A stretch of 64,000 nt of DNA. It comes from a virus. Lineage: Duplodnaviria; Caudoviricetes. This document shows positions 27,620 through 35,449 of this stretch, one piece after another. The translations under genes were made by a program, and so were the position numbers. Below the pieces are notes generated by a model. It saw only the letters and a list, made by a program, of their open reading frames with translations, was not told the origin of the DNA and made no database searches. Position 1 is the first letter of the stretch. Each line of letters begins with the position of its first letter. The stretch is from positions 2,881-66,880 of the IMG/VR virus record IMGVR_UViG_3300033073_001126; one strand, 5' to 3'.

Positions 27620-27949
27620 ATGATTTACACAAAGCACCACGGCAAAAGCCGCCAGCAGATGGAGCAGGAACTTGTTGCCATTCTGCAAAACATCGAAGCC
27701 GCATTGGCAAACATTCAGCCCACGGTGGAAAGTTGCCAGGCATATAATGCGGCAATATCAGCGGGGCATGAATACTTAGAAATCCATTGGGATTTCCCCG
27801 AAATTGAAGGGCTTTCCACCTATTTCCGCAGATCGGTTGTCCGCAGGAACAAACTCGAAGCCTTACACAGGGCTTATGGATGGCGCCAACCATATTGGGA
27901 CTGGTTCCAGCAAAACTATAGTCCAGCAATTGAATTTGGATGGTGGTAG
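27620..27949 (+). CDS. Small early protein
   Basis: 109 aa, A-rich leader. Confidence 0.6.
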   Translation: MIYTKHHGKSRQQMEQELVAILQNIEAALANIQPTVESCQAYNAAISAGHEYLEIHWDFPEIEGLSTYFRRSVVRRNKLEALHRAYGWRQPYWDWFQQNYSPAIEFGWW

Positions 27950-28058
27950 CATCCATCCTTCCTTTCCCGTGGCGCAATGCCGGTAAGCTTTCACATCGGA
28001 ACAGGCACGGGAACCAACTTACTCCGGGAAACAGCGGCCAAACTGAATGCAAAGCAAA

Positions 28059-28577
28059 ATGGCAAATATGAATAACATCAGCATCGTAAGGGTGCAGGCA
28101 TCCGACCGAAACATCGTCCTGTTCACATCAGCAGAACACAATGTTTTGCAAGGCATCAACTATTGGCCGGGGTGCGGAGATGACTACCCGCTGAAAGATT
28201 TTCTTACCCCAGACCCTGCCCTTACCGACTGGGTGTTGAAACGGCTTCGCCTGGCGAACGAAGAATGGGTGGAATTTAGCATTGTATGCCCCGATTACGA
28301 TGAGCTCATTGAGAACATCAACACAGCCATTACCGGCTACATTCAGCACCAAGTTACCCCGCAGCACATTGCCCTGCCAATGGGGCAGATAGCCCGCCTG
28401 AAAGATGCGCTATCTCTGATGGCGCAGAAAGCAAAAGACGAAGGAGACAGCCACGCCTATTTTGATGCGACTACCTTAAAAGCATTACTTAACTACCCTA
28501 CATCCGTTTCCGTAACCCCGGAAGAGCAGGAAACCTTCTACTCCCGGCACGGTGTAGACTTCCCAGAATTTAATTAA
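28059..28577 (+). CDS. Early hypothetical protein (paralog of 25782-26099 with C-terminal extension)
   Basis: GINYWPG...LTDWVLKRL motif; start ATG 28059 in AAAGCAAAATGG context. Confidence 0.65.
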   Translation: MANMNNISIVRVQASDRNIVLFTSAEHNVLQGINYWPGCGDDYPLKDFLTPDPALTDWVLKRLRLANEEWVEFSIVCPDYDELIENINTAITGYIQHQVTPQHIALPMGQIARLKDALSLMAQKAKDEGDSHAYFDATTLKALLNYPTSVSVTPEEQETFYSRHGVDFPEFN

Positions 28578-28600
28578 TCAACAACATAAATAGCAAAGCA

Positions 28601-28930
28601 ATGAATATTTTTGAAACCCTGGGCGACATCCTACGCCCCGAAAGCACCAAAAAAACTTTCGCAATTGTGGAAACCACGGCAGAGCAGAGCCGTGGCTACA
28701 ACCGAGCCACAAAAGGCAGGGAAACCATAGCCCAGGTGGAAGCATCCTCTGCCGACCAGGCATTAGAGGAATGGCTGGCAGACAAAGCCCTTGTCTACGG
28801 CATCAGCAGAGTGCAGGAGCGGTTCATAGCCGGGTTTGTAAAAGACTCCGATGCCGATAGGTATGTATGGATAGAAGGCGACACCTCTGCCGATTTCGGA
28901 GACTACACCGTTAGTGCTGAAACAATATGA
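28601..28930 (+). CDS. Small early protein
   Basis: 109 aa, A-rich leader, acidic C-terminus. Confidence 0.6.
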   Translation: MNIFETLGDILRPESTKKTFAIVETTAEQSRGYNRATKGRETIAQVEASSADQALEEWLADKALVYGISRVQERFIAGFVKDSDADRYVWIEGDTSADFGDYTVSAETI

Positions 28931-29286
28931 AGGCAGTACTCTTTATAAAGCCCCGCAAGGGGAAGCCACACAGGGCGGAGGACTTGTCCGCCCTGGGCTT
29001 CCGCCCCGCCTTCACTCCCACTGGCATTGCCTTCGCTGTGGAAGTGTTTCCCCGGAAGGTGGATGCTTCTCTGCGGATGCTGGACATCGCCAGGCAGCAC
29101 GGCATACCCTGCCGAAGGAACGCCCCGCTGATATGGGTTGGCGACATCCGTGTTGAACTGCACGGCGGAAAAAAAGCCGCTGATCTGATACGGCTTTACG
29201 AATGGCTTCTGCCTTCTGATGCCGCCCATCCAGCAGAGCAGCCGCCCATCACAAAGCCTATTGCCGGGGAAACTGCGCCCCATTAA
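28927..29286 (+). CDS. Small early protein
   Basis: 119 aa, ATGA overlap with the previous gene. Confidence 0.55.
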   Translation: MKAVLFIKPRKGKPHRAEDLSALGFRPAFTPTGIAFAVEVFPRKVDASLRMLDIARQHGIPCRRNAPLIWVGDIRVELHGGKKAADLIRLYEWLLPSDAAHPAEQPPITKPIAGETAPH

Positions 29287-29320
29287 TTCGCAGAAAGTTT
29301 AAACAAAAAGCAAAAGCAAA

Positions 29321-29740
29321 ATGGAAAGATTTGTAAATTTTGCGGAGATGTTAGGCTCCGAAATCCCCAGCTTTGAAGTTAGGGGAAGCCTCAGCAAGCA
29401 TAGCTGGGGTGCGATAGGCGACTGTACAATAGCCTCAAAAATCAAAGGCAAAGGCTTTTATGAGGAATGGGAGTTCCTGATTTCAACTCAGGAATACACC
29501 CCATCCTTTTTGGGAAAAGCCTTTTACAACCTCCAAAAAAAGGGGGTTAATATGCACCAGTTTCTCATCAACCTTCCGGGGGCAAAGGTATTGCACAACG
29601 GATCTTATAGCATTCGTGTGGGCAATGATATCTATGCCTCTTTAAAGCCGGAGACAGCCCCCTTGGAGGATTACATTGCTTTCGTAACCGCAGCCTCTGC
29701 ATCTACGCAATACCCACCACAATTGAAAATTAAACGATAA
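29321..29740 (+). CDS. Small early protein
   Basis: 139 aa, AAAGCAAAATGG start context. Confidence 0.65.
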   Translation: MERFVNFAEMLGSEIPSFEVRGSLSKHSWGAIGDCTIASKIKGKGFYEEWEFLISTQEYTPSFLGKAFYNLQKKGVNMHQFLINLPGAKVLHNGSYSIRVGNDIYASLKPETAPLEDYIAFVTAASASTQYPPQLKIKR

Positions 29741-29744
29741 AAAA

Positions 29745-30104
29745 ATGATAAAGAACCTCACCCCCCTCGAAGTGCCATTAAGGCATTTCAGAACTGCTGG
29801 CTGGAGCGATAGCATACAGCCGGTATTGCCAGCAGCGGATTCCCGGGAACTCCCTGCAAAAAATGATACAACCCTTTGGATTGTTCCGGAGGATGTATTC
29901 AATGCCCACCCCGAAAGGGACGACCTTCTCATCCTGCCTGCTGATACGGAGCGGGATGAGAAAGGAAGGTTTCCTTTCCTCATTGGCAGAGCGGAAAGAT
30001 GTCGCAGGCTGTTTTTTGCTTACACCAAGCATTTTGGTGATGGCCACCAGCCAAAGGTGTTTACTGAGGAAGCATCAATTGAAATAATCCTTCCTGCAAA
30101 ATGA
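29745..30104 (+). CDS. Small early protein
   Basis: 119 aa in operon. Confidence 0.55.
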   Translation: MIKNLTPLEVPLRHFRTAGWSDSIQPVLPAADSRELPAKNDTTLWIVPEDVFNAHPERDDLLILPADTERDEKGRFPFLIGRAERCRRLFFAYTKHFGDGHQPKVFTEEASIEIILPAK

Positions 30105-30373
30105 ATACGACCGAAGCACAATACTGGCAGAAGAGGCACGAAGCCCTTCTTGAAATGTACATCCAGCAGAAGCAACAACTTGAACAATGGGAGGCCGGCG
30201 GCATCCTTTGGACATGGGAGGATGTCCACACCTACGCCTCTGATGAACTTGGCATCCGCCTATCTATGGAAGATTGCAAAACCATTTTAGACAATGCAAT
30301 CGGAAGTCATGACGCCAATCAGGGCATTACCTGGGACACATTCAGAAACGAAATCGAAAACTTTATCAAATAA
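30101..30373 (+). CDS. Small early phage protein
   Basis: WTWEDV...LS.EDC..IL...HDANQGITWD, a pattern recalled from small phage proteins. Confidence 0.6.
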   Translation: MNTTEAQYWQKRHEALLEMYIQQKQQLEQWEAGGILWTWEDVHTYASDELGIRLSMEDCKTILDNAIGSHDANQGITWDTFRNEIENFIK

Positions 30374-30378
30374 GCAAA

Positions 30379-30663
30379 ATGGAGAACACAGTTTATGCGA
30401 AGCTGAGGAAAGCGGAGTCTTTCTTGCAGCAGATTCCAGAGGAAATCCGCACCCTCTTCAAGTTCCAAGTGACACACACGGAAAGCGATTCCGTAATAGT
30501 GTCCTTCCGGCTTCATGCCGATGCCTATGTAGGATTCCTCGTTGAGAGGATGAAAGATGTCCGGGTAAATGAAACTCCGCTGGGGCCATATGTAAACATC
30601 AGCACAAGCGGATCGGAAATCAGCCTGCATAGCACCGGGTATTCACACACAACCCTTTTCTAA
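30379..30663 (+). CDS. Small early protein
   Basis: 94 aa, AAGCAAAATGG start context. Confidence 0.6.
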   Translation: MENTVYAKLRKAESFLQQIPEEIRTLFKFQVTHTESDSVIVSFRLHADAYVGFLVERMKDVRVNETPLGPYVNISTSGSEISLHSTGYSHTTLF

Positions 30664-30666
30664 GCG

Positions 30667-30978
30667 ATGCAGGACAACATCTGGTACATTGAAAGCAATG
30701 CCTCCCTGGGGGAGCTTGCTTACGAAGGCGAAGCCGTGCTGACAGTCTCCCTTGATTGGGAGGCTGTTGACAACGGCATCGGAGAGTACGAGTACTGGGG
30801 CAGCAAAGAGTCCCAGCACGATTGGCAGATGGAGCTTCAGGATGTGACCATCGAAGAGGCTTTCCTTTACGATGACGACGGGAACGAAATTCCTGTGGAT
30901 CTGAAAGACCCGGGCAACGCTATGCTTGTAAAATATTGGCAAGACTACATTTTTGAAAACGCTGAGTACAATGACTAA
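30667..30978 (+). CDS. Highly acidic small early protein
   Basis: 103 aa, roughly a quarter Asp/Glu, few Lys and no Arg; DNGIGEYEYWG motif. Confidence 0.65.
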   Translation: MQDNIWYIESNASLGELAYEGEAVLTVSLDWEAVDNGIGEYEYWGSKESQHDWQMELQDVTIEEAFLYDDDGNEIPVDLKDPGNAMLVKYWQDYIFENAEYND

Positions 30979-31174
30979 GGAACACAAACGCCTGGAGGAG
31001 CAGCACCGGAGAGTGCTGGCCCTCTGCAAGGAAGCCGACCTTGTTACCATCGGCATTGAGGGAGTGAGGAACTTCTATTGCATCAACGAAACTCTAAAAG
31101 GCAAGCCCGGCTATGCTGAACTCCGGGAAATGCTGAACAAAGGGTTTGAGTACTTCAAAGCCACCAAGCAATGA
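30971..31174 (+). CDS. Small early protein
   Basis: Likely start ATG 30971 (MTKEHKRL), overlapping the previous stop. Confidence 0.55.
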   Translation: MTKEHKRLEEQHRRVLALCKEADLVTIGIEGVRNFYCINETLKGKPGYAELREMLNKGFEYFKATKQ

Positions 31175-31602
31175 CGCCGCACCGTACCACCCAGCAGGGC
31201 AAGACTTCCGCCTGGAGGTCTTCCCTCCTGCTGGAGGACATCCTCCTCCGGCATCTGCAAGGCAAGACAGACCTTGCCACACACGCCTCTCCTTTCGGGG
31301 GCGTTCCAGAAGCCAAGGACTTCATAGAAGCCCTTAAAGACTTCACCCCTCATATAGAACTCACCGCAGATGGAGCGGTTCCCTACGGCCTTTACACGGC
31401 CTTCTATTGGAAAGCTTTCGGCCGATATATGTATGCCTACATTCCGGAGGTCGACTCAGCAGAGCGATACGAGGGCACCTGGGCAACCATCGCCTCCGTG
31501 GAGGAGTTCGTCCAGGAGGTACAGCATAGCGTATGGCACCAGCAATGGGAGGCCGATGTGGAATCCTACATACAACAACATCCAGAACATCCTTTCAAAT
31601 GA
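31171..31602 (+). CDS. Small early protein
   Basis: 143 aa, ATGA overlaps on both sides. Confidence 0.55.
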   Translation: MTPHRTTQQGKTSAWRSSLLLEDILLRHLQGKTDLATHASPFGGVPEAKDFIEALKDFTPHIELTADGAVPYGLYTAFYWKAFGRYMYAYIPEVDSAERYEGTWATIASVEEFVQEVQHSVWHQQWEADVESYIQQHPEHPFK

Positions 31603-31787
31603 ATCCAGCACAAACACTTGCAGTAAAAGGCGTACTATTCTGCCTCTGCACATTAGTCCTCATCATTGCCAACATTATGGTAAGTCTTACAATCCGGTGG
31701 GAGCGTGACAGGCAGTCCTATTTTTGGATGGCGGTTGCCTTCCTCGCCTGCTTAGGTGCCATCTACTTAGCCCAGAATTTCGTATGA
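31599..31787 (+). CDS. Small membrane protein (2 TM)
   Basis: Start ATG 31599 (MNPAQTLAVKGVLFCLC); two hydrophobic helices. Confidence 0.55.
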   Translation: MNPAQTLAVKGVLFCLCTLVLIIANIMVSLTIRWERDRQSYFWMAVAFLACLGAIYLAQNFV

Positions 31788-31951
31788 GCATCATTCAGGA
31801 TTACACAGCCCTGCTTCTGCTGCTGGCCATCTTTGTCAGCATAAAGAATTTCATCTCTCATTTGGATAGGGATGATCACGAAGGCGTAGCCAAGTGGACA
31901 GTAATGACCCTGCTTTTCTTCATCAGTCTCCTGTTTAGCGTCTTTGCATAG
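31784..31951 (+). CDS. Small membrane protein (2 TM)
   Basis: Start ATG 31784 (MSIIQDYTALLLLLAIF); two hydrophobic helices. Confidence 0.55.
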   Translation: MSIIQDYTALLLLLAIFVSIKNFISHLDRDDHEGVAKWTVMTLLFFISLLFSVFA

Positions 31952-32028
31952 CCCCGAAAATAGTATGCGTTTTTCCGTGTCCCATTTTGGCGGCTTTTCC
32001 GGGAAGAACCACCCGGCACAAAGGTTCG

Positions 32029-32060
32029 TTTGTAATTGTAAAACAAGTGGTTTACATTTG
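32029..32060 (+). promoter_or_regulatory. Bacteroidetes sigma promoter for the SSB-like gene
   Basis: TTTG (32029-32), 20 nt, TACATTTG (32053-60). Confidence 0.75.
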
Positions 32061-32119
32061 CACCACCCTAAGCAAATGGGAGAAATAGTTTGTTAACAAT
32101 TTAAACACAATTTTCAATT

Positions 32120-32869
32120 ATGTCTTCAAGAAGAGACGAGTTCAAGAGCGGGTCAAGCAACCCAGCGAAGCGGTTTTTGGAATGGGATTCCAATGCCGGT
32201 GGTTTTAAGTTTTACGATAAGGAAAAGGGAACAAATGTTCCCATTAAGATTCCTTTCAAATTCGTGGTGCTGAAAACCATGCACACAGTAAAAGGCTGGC
32301 ACGGCAAGTCCGAGTCCGGCATCTACGCCAATGAGGTTCCGGATATGAACCAGGTGCTGAATGTGAAATCCTTCAAGGGCGGACACATTGCTTCCGGCCT
32401 TTACCGGGACATCAAGGACAAGCTCCAGGGCGGGGTGTATTTCAAGTCCATCTATGTAATGCTGGCCGATGGCAGCGTCGCAAACATCTCTCTGAAGGGC
32501 GCATCCTGCGCTGCCTGGGGAGACTTCACAAAGAAGACCAGCAACCGCCTTCCCGATGAGTGGGTGGCTGTCACTGGGGCTACTGAGCAACGCAACGGAT
32601 CGGTGAAGTACACAGTCCCTGCGTTCGAATTCAAAGGCTCTCTCAAAGGGGAGGAGGGGCAACTTGCCGACCAGGCATATGACCAGTTGAAGGCATACTT
32701 CAACGACTACCTCACACGGAAGCCGGAAGACTCTGCTCCTTCTGAGGATGAACTCCTGCAAGAGGAGGAGGTTCCAAGCAAGACCGCCCATTTGGAAACA
32801 CCTTCCGCTCCGGCAAAGCCTATGTCGCCATTGTCCTTAGAGAATGATTCATATGAACTCCCATTTTGA
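32120..32869 (+). CDS. Putative single-stranded DNA-binding protein
   Basis: SNPAKRFLEW...KGWH...GIYANEV pattern of Bacteroidetes-phage SSB-like proteins; acidic flexible tail ending DSYELPF. Confidence 0.6.
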   Translation: MSSRRDEFKSGSSNPAKRFLEWDSNAGGFKFYDKEKGTNVPIKIPFKFVVLKTMHTVKGWHGKSESGIYANEVPDMNQVLNVKSFKGGHIASGLYRDIKDKLQGGVYFKSIYVMLADGSVANISLKGASCAAWGDFTKKTSNRLPDEWVAVTGATEQRNGSVKYTVPAFEFKGSLKGEEGQLADQAYDQLKAYFNDYLTRKPEDSAPSEDELLQEEEVPSKTAHLETPSAPAKPMSPLSLENDSYELPF

Positions 32870-32870
32870 T

Positions 32871-33380
32871 ATGAGTAACACACTTTGGAATATCACACAA
32901 GAGTTCCTTGCCCTCGCCTCCCTTATTGAGGAGGCGGGTGGCGAGGCCACCGATGCCGTAATGGAGGAACTGGCCATCAGCCGGGAGAACTTCCAGCACA
33001 AAGCCGAGGGTTACGCTCGCTTGATTCTCAAATGGGAATCAGAAATAGATGTAGCCTCAGCCGAAATCAAACGCATCCAGGCCATCAAGAAGACCAAGGA
33101 GAATGCCGTTACCCGGCTGAAGGACACGCTTCTCTTTGCCCTTCAAGCCTTCGGCCAGGAGGATGCTAAGACAGGAGTGAAGCGTTACGAAACTCCGCTT
33201 GTCAAGCTATCTACAAGGCGTTCTGTTGCCGTGGAAATCACGGATGAATCAGAAGTGCCAGACCTGTACTGGGTGGTTAAGAGGGAGGTTAGCAAGTCTG
33301 CCATCAGTAATGCTTTGAAAGAAGGGGAAGATGTCCCTGGGGCTACGCTCAAGGAGAACTACTCCGTGCAGATAAAGTAA
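32871..33380 (+). CDS. Siphovirus Gp157-family protein
   Basis: MSNTLWNITQEF...KAEGYARLI...KRIQAIKK...VKLSTRRSVAVEI...SKSAISNALKEGEDVPGA. Confidence 0.85.
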   Translation: MSNTLWNITQEFLALASLIEEAGGEATDAVMEELAISRENFQHKAEGYARLILKWESEIDVASAEIKRIQAIKKTKENAVTRLKDTLLFALQAFGQEDAKTGVKRYETPLVKLSTRRSVAVEITDESEVPDLYWVVKREVSKSAISNALKEGEDVPGATLKENYSVQIK

Positions 33381-33413
33381 ATAGAACTGTTTCATTGGTT
33401 AAAGAACAAGGTG

Positions 33414-33445
33414 AAAGGCCATCGGATATTCTGATGGCTTTTTTT
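33414..33445 (+). terminator. Intrinsic terminator
   Basis: GCCATC...GATGGC stem followed by T7. Confidence 0.75.
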
Positions 33446-33483
33446 ATTTCAAAAATGTTTTTATGTTTACGCATCACAAAGCT

Positions 33484-33672
33484 ATGACACTCAAGGTCGT
33501 TATAACATATTACGCCCACCAGGATGACTGGGACATCCAAGAGGTTCTTGATTCCCGGAAGGTGAGCGACCCAGCAGCGCAGGAAGACCTAAAGCAAATG
33601 CTGGCAGAGGATGTACAATACATCTTTCAAAATGCAGACATCTCCATCATTGAAAGCAAGGAATCAATATGA
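33484..33672 (+). CDS. Small hypothetical protein
   Basis: Start ATG 33484 (MTLKVVITYY). Confidence 0.5.
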   Translation: MTLKVVITYYAHQDDWDIQEVLDSRKVSDPAAQEDLKQMLAEDVQYIFQNADISIIESKESI

Positions 33673-33836
33673 ATGAGAAGCAATTAGAGCTGCTTAAAGA
33701 TTACATCAATCAGCGACTCCGCATCCAAAAAGAAATGCTTGCAAAGAGCAAGGACGATCAGTACCACATGGGGGCCATTATGGAACTTCTGGGTATTGAG
33801 GAACGCATCCTTCTCATACTGAAACCGCAACCATAA
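33669..33836 (+). CDS. Small hypothetical protein, 55 aa
   Basis: Manual translation MNEKQLELLKDYINQRLRIQKEM...; ATGA overlap. Confidence 0.5.
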   Translation: MNEKQLELLKDYINQRLRIQKEMLAKSKDDQYHMGAIMELLGIEERILLILKPQP

Positions 33837-33848
33837 ACCCCCAAACAT

Positions 33849-34046
33849 ATGCCGCTGAAACCAGGAAAATCGAAAGCCGTTATTTCCGCTAACATCAAGA
33901 CAGAGATGAAGTCCGGAAAGCCACAAGCCCAAAGCGTAGCGATAGCTTTGTCAAAAGCCGGGAAGTCAAAACCCGCTATTAAGGCCGCCACAATGGCTGC
34001 CCCAGCAAAGAAAATGGTGGCCGTAAAAATGATGAAGAAGAAATGA
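33849..34046 (+). CDS. Small Lys-rich phage protein
   Basis: MPLKPGKSKAVISANIKTEMKSGKPQAQSVAIALSKAGK, a family recalled from aquatic phages. Confidence 0.75.
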   Translation: MPLKPGKSKAVISANIKTEMKSGKPQAQSVAIALSKAGKSKPAIKAATMAAPAKKMVAVKMMKKK

Positions 34047-34201
34047 AGAAGCCCGGAGACCCAGGACTATACGATGCGATAAACGCAAAGCGCAAACGCA
34101 TTGCTGCCGGATCAGGCGAAAAAATGAGGAAGCCAGGCGAGAAGGGTGCGCCCACAGCCAAGGCTTTCAAGGAGTCTGCAAAGACTGCTAAGAAGAAATA
34201 A
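34043..34201 (+). CDS. Small Lys-rich phage protein, 52 aa
   Basis: Manual translation MKKPGDPGLYDAINAKRKRIAAGSGEKMRKPGEKGAPTAKAFKESAKTAKKK, a family recalled from aquatic phages. Confidence 0.75.
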   Translation: MKKPGDPGLYDAINAKRKRIAAGSGEKMRKPGEKGAPTAKAFKESAKTAKKK

Positions 34202-34233
34202 TTTCTTTTGGTGTTTTACAATGAGAAAGAAAT

Positions 34234-34260
34234 AGTGCGGTCTTTGGTCGCACTTTTTTT
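34234..34260 (+). terminator. Intrinsic terminator upstream of the LytTR operon
   Basis: AGTGCG...CGCACT stem followed by a T-tract. Confidence 0.7.
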
Positions 34261-34294
34261 TGTTTATGTCGAAACCTTTTAATTCTTTTGCCCA

Positions 34295-34795
34295 ATGGAA
34301 AATTCCTTCTACATAAAAACGAAAGGAGACAAACACATCTACCATCGAATCCGCTATCAGGATGTGGTAATGTGTGATGTCTGGGCAAGCGGGGTGAGGA
34401 TTCACCTTGCCGACAAGCCCTACTTGTGGGTGGAGGCTACAATAGAAACATTGTACGACCTCTTCTTCCGGAAGAACAAACTGTTCATCCGTGCATCAAC
34501 CGGGTTCATCGTGAACACCGAACACATTGTAACGGCAGAGCATATGCCCGATAGGGTGAAGCTTGTGCTGACAGACAAGAAGGAGGCCACCCTCCGTACC
34601 GGCCACGATTACAATTACTACATCCAGAACAATAGAAGAAAGGATGAGGCGGTAATTGAGAATACCCCCGAAAAGGATGCCATCATTCTTGCCGAGAGCG
34701 ATGTGAACACAGCCATTGCCAAAATCAAAGAGGCAACGGGAGAGAGCGTGTCACGGAAGTATATTGTGAATAGGTTTAAAGAACTGTCGCTATGA
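34295..34795 (+). CDS. Stand-alone LytTR DNA-binding domain protein 1
   Basis: RIRYQDVVMC...IHLAD...TIETL...FIRASTGFIVNTEHI...LVLTD LytTR pattern; no receiver domain; extra C-terminal helical region. Confidence 0.75.
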   Translation: MENSFYIKTKGDKHIYHRIRYQDVVMCDVWASGVRIHLADKPYLWVEATIETLYDLFFRKNKLFIRASTGFIVNTEHIVTAEHMPDRVKLVLTDKKEATLRTGHDYNYYIQNNRRKDEAVIENTPEKDAIILAESDVNTAIAKIKEATGESVSRKYIVNRFKELSL

Positions 34796-35169
34796 GTGAG
34801 GATGTGCAGATAGCCAAAGGGAAACAGGATGGAATGTCAGCCTATTTCCGTGTGAAGGAGAGCGACATCAATTTTATTGAGGCAGACAAAGACTACTACC
34901 TCATCTACCTCAATGGGAAGAGCGACTCCCCGATTAAAGTACACGGCACTATCGGCTCTGCTATGGTGCTTTTTCATTCGCTGGTAAAGCCACACAAGTC
35001 CTACCTTGTCAACATAGACCAGGTGTATTGTGTAGCCACTGATCCGGAAGATAACTATGCCAAGGTGGTGTTCCGGGATGGTACACATATCAAGTTTGGC
35101 AAGAGCAAAACTATGTACGCAGACCTAATGCAAAGACTCCACGCATATGCAGAAGAAGAAAGATTTTAG
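34792..35169 (+). CDS. Stand-alone LytTR DNA-binding domain protein 2
   Basis: DINFIEADKDYYLIYL...HGTIG...PHKSYLVNIDQV...VVFRDGTHIKFGK, canonical LytTR motifs; no receiver domain. Confidence 0.85.
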   Translation: MSEDVQIAKGKQDGMSAYFRVKESDINFIEADKDYYLIYLNGKSDSPIKVHGTIGSAMVLFHSLVKPHKSYLVNIDQVYCVATDPEDNYAKVVFRDGTHIKFGKSKTMYADLMQRLHAYAEEERF

Positions 35170-35449
35170 CAAATTCACTTGCTTCGTGAGGGGCGTGATT
35201 GAATCCGGTGTTGTCATCCAGCACTCCGGCAAGGTGCTTCGCAATGAAGCAAAGATGCACTTCAACCGCCTGATGCATCACGCTCAGGAGTTTGAAAGGT
35301 TCCTGCATCAAGGGCTTGGCCCAGAGATGGCAGAGGCCGAGGACGACATCAACTCCGCTATCGTTGGGATGGTGTGGCAATTGTACGACCTCCCTGCGGA
35401 GGAGCGTGATAGGTTTGTTGAACACATAAACAATTTTGAGCCAAAATGA
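35147..35449 (+). CDS. Hypothetical protein
   Basis: 100 aa, overlapping both LytTR2 and the MTase start. Confidence 0.6.
   Translation: MQKKKDFSKFTCFVRGVIESGVVIQHSGKVLRNEAKMHFNRLMHHAQEFERFLHQGLGPEMAEAEDDINSAIVGMVWQLYDLPAEERDRFVEHINNFEPK

Noticed and set aside
26845-28046. tRNA genes in early-region intergenic hairpins
   Set aside because: No cloverleaf or TTCG T-loop; only single stems, reported as hairpins instead.
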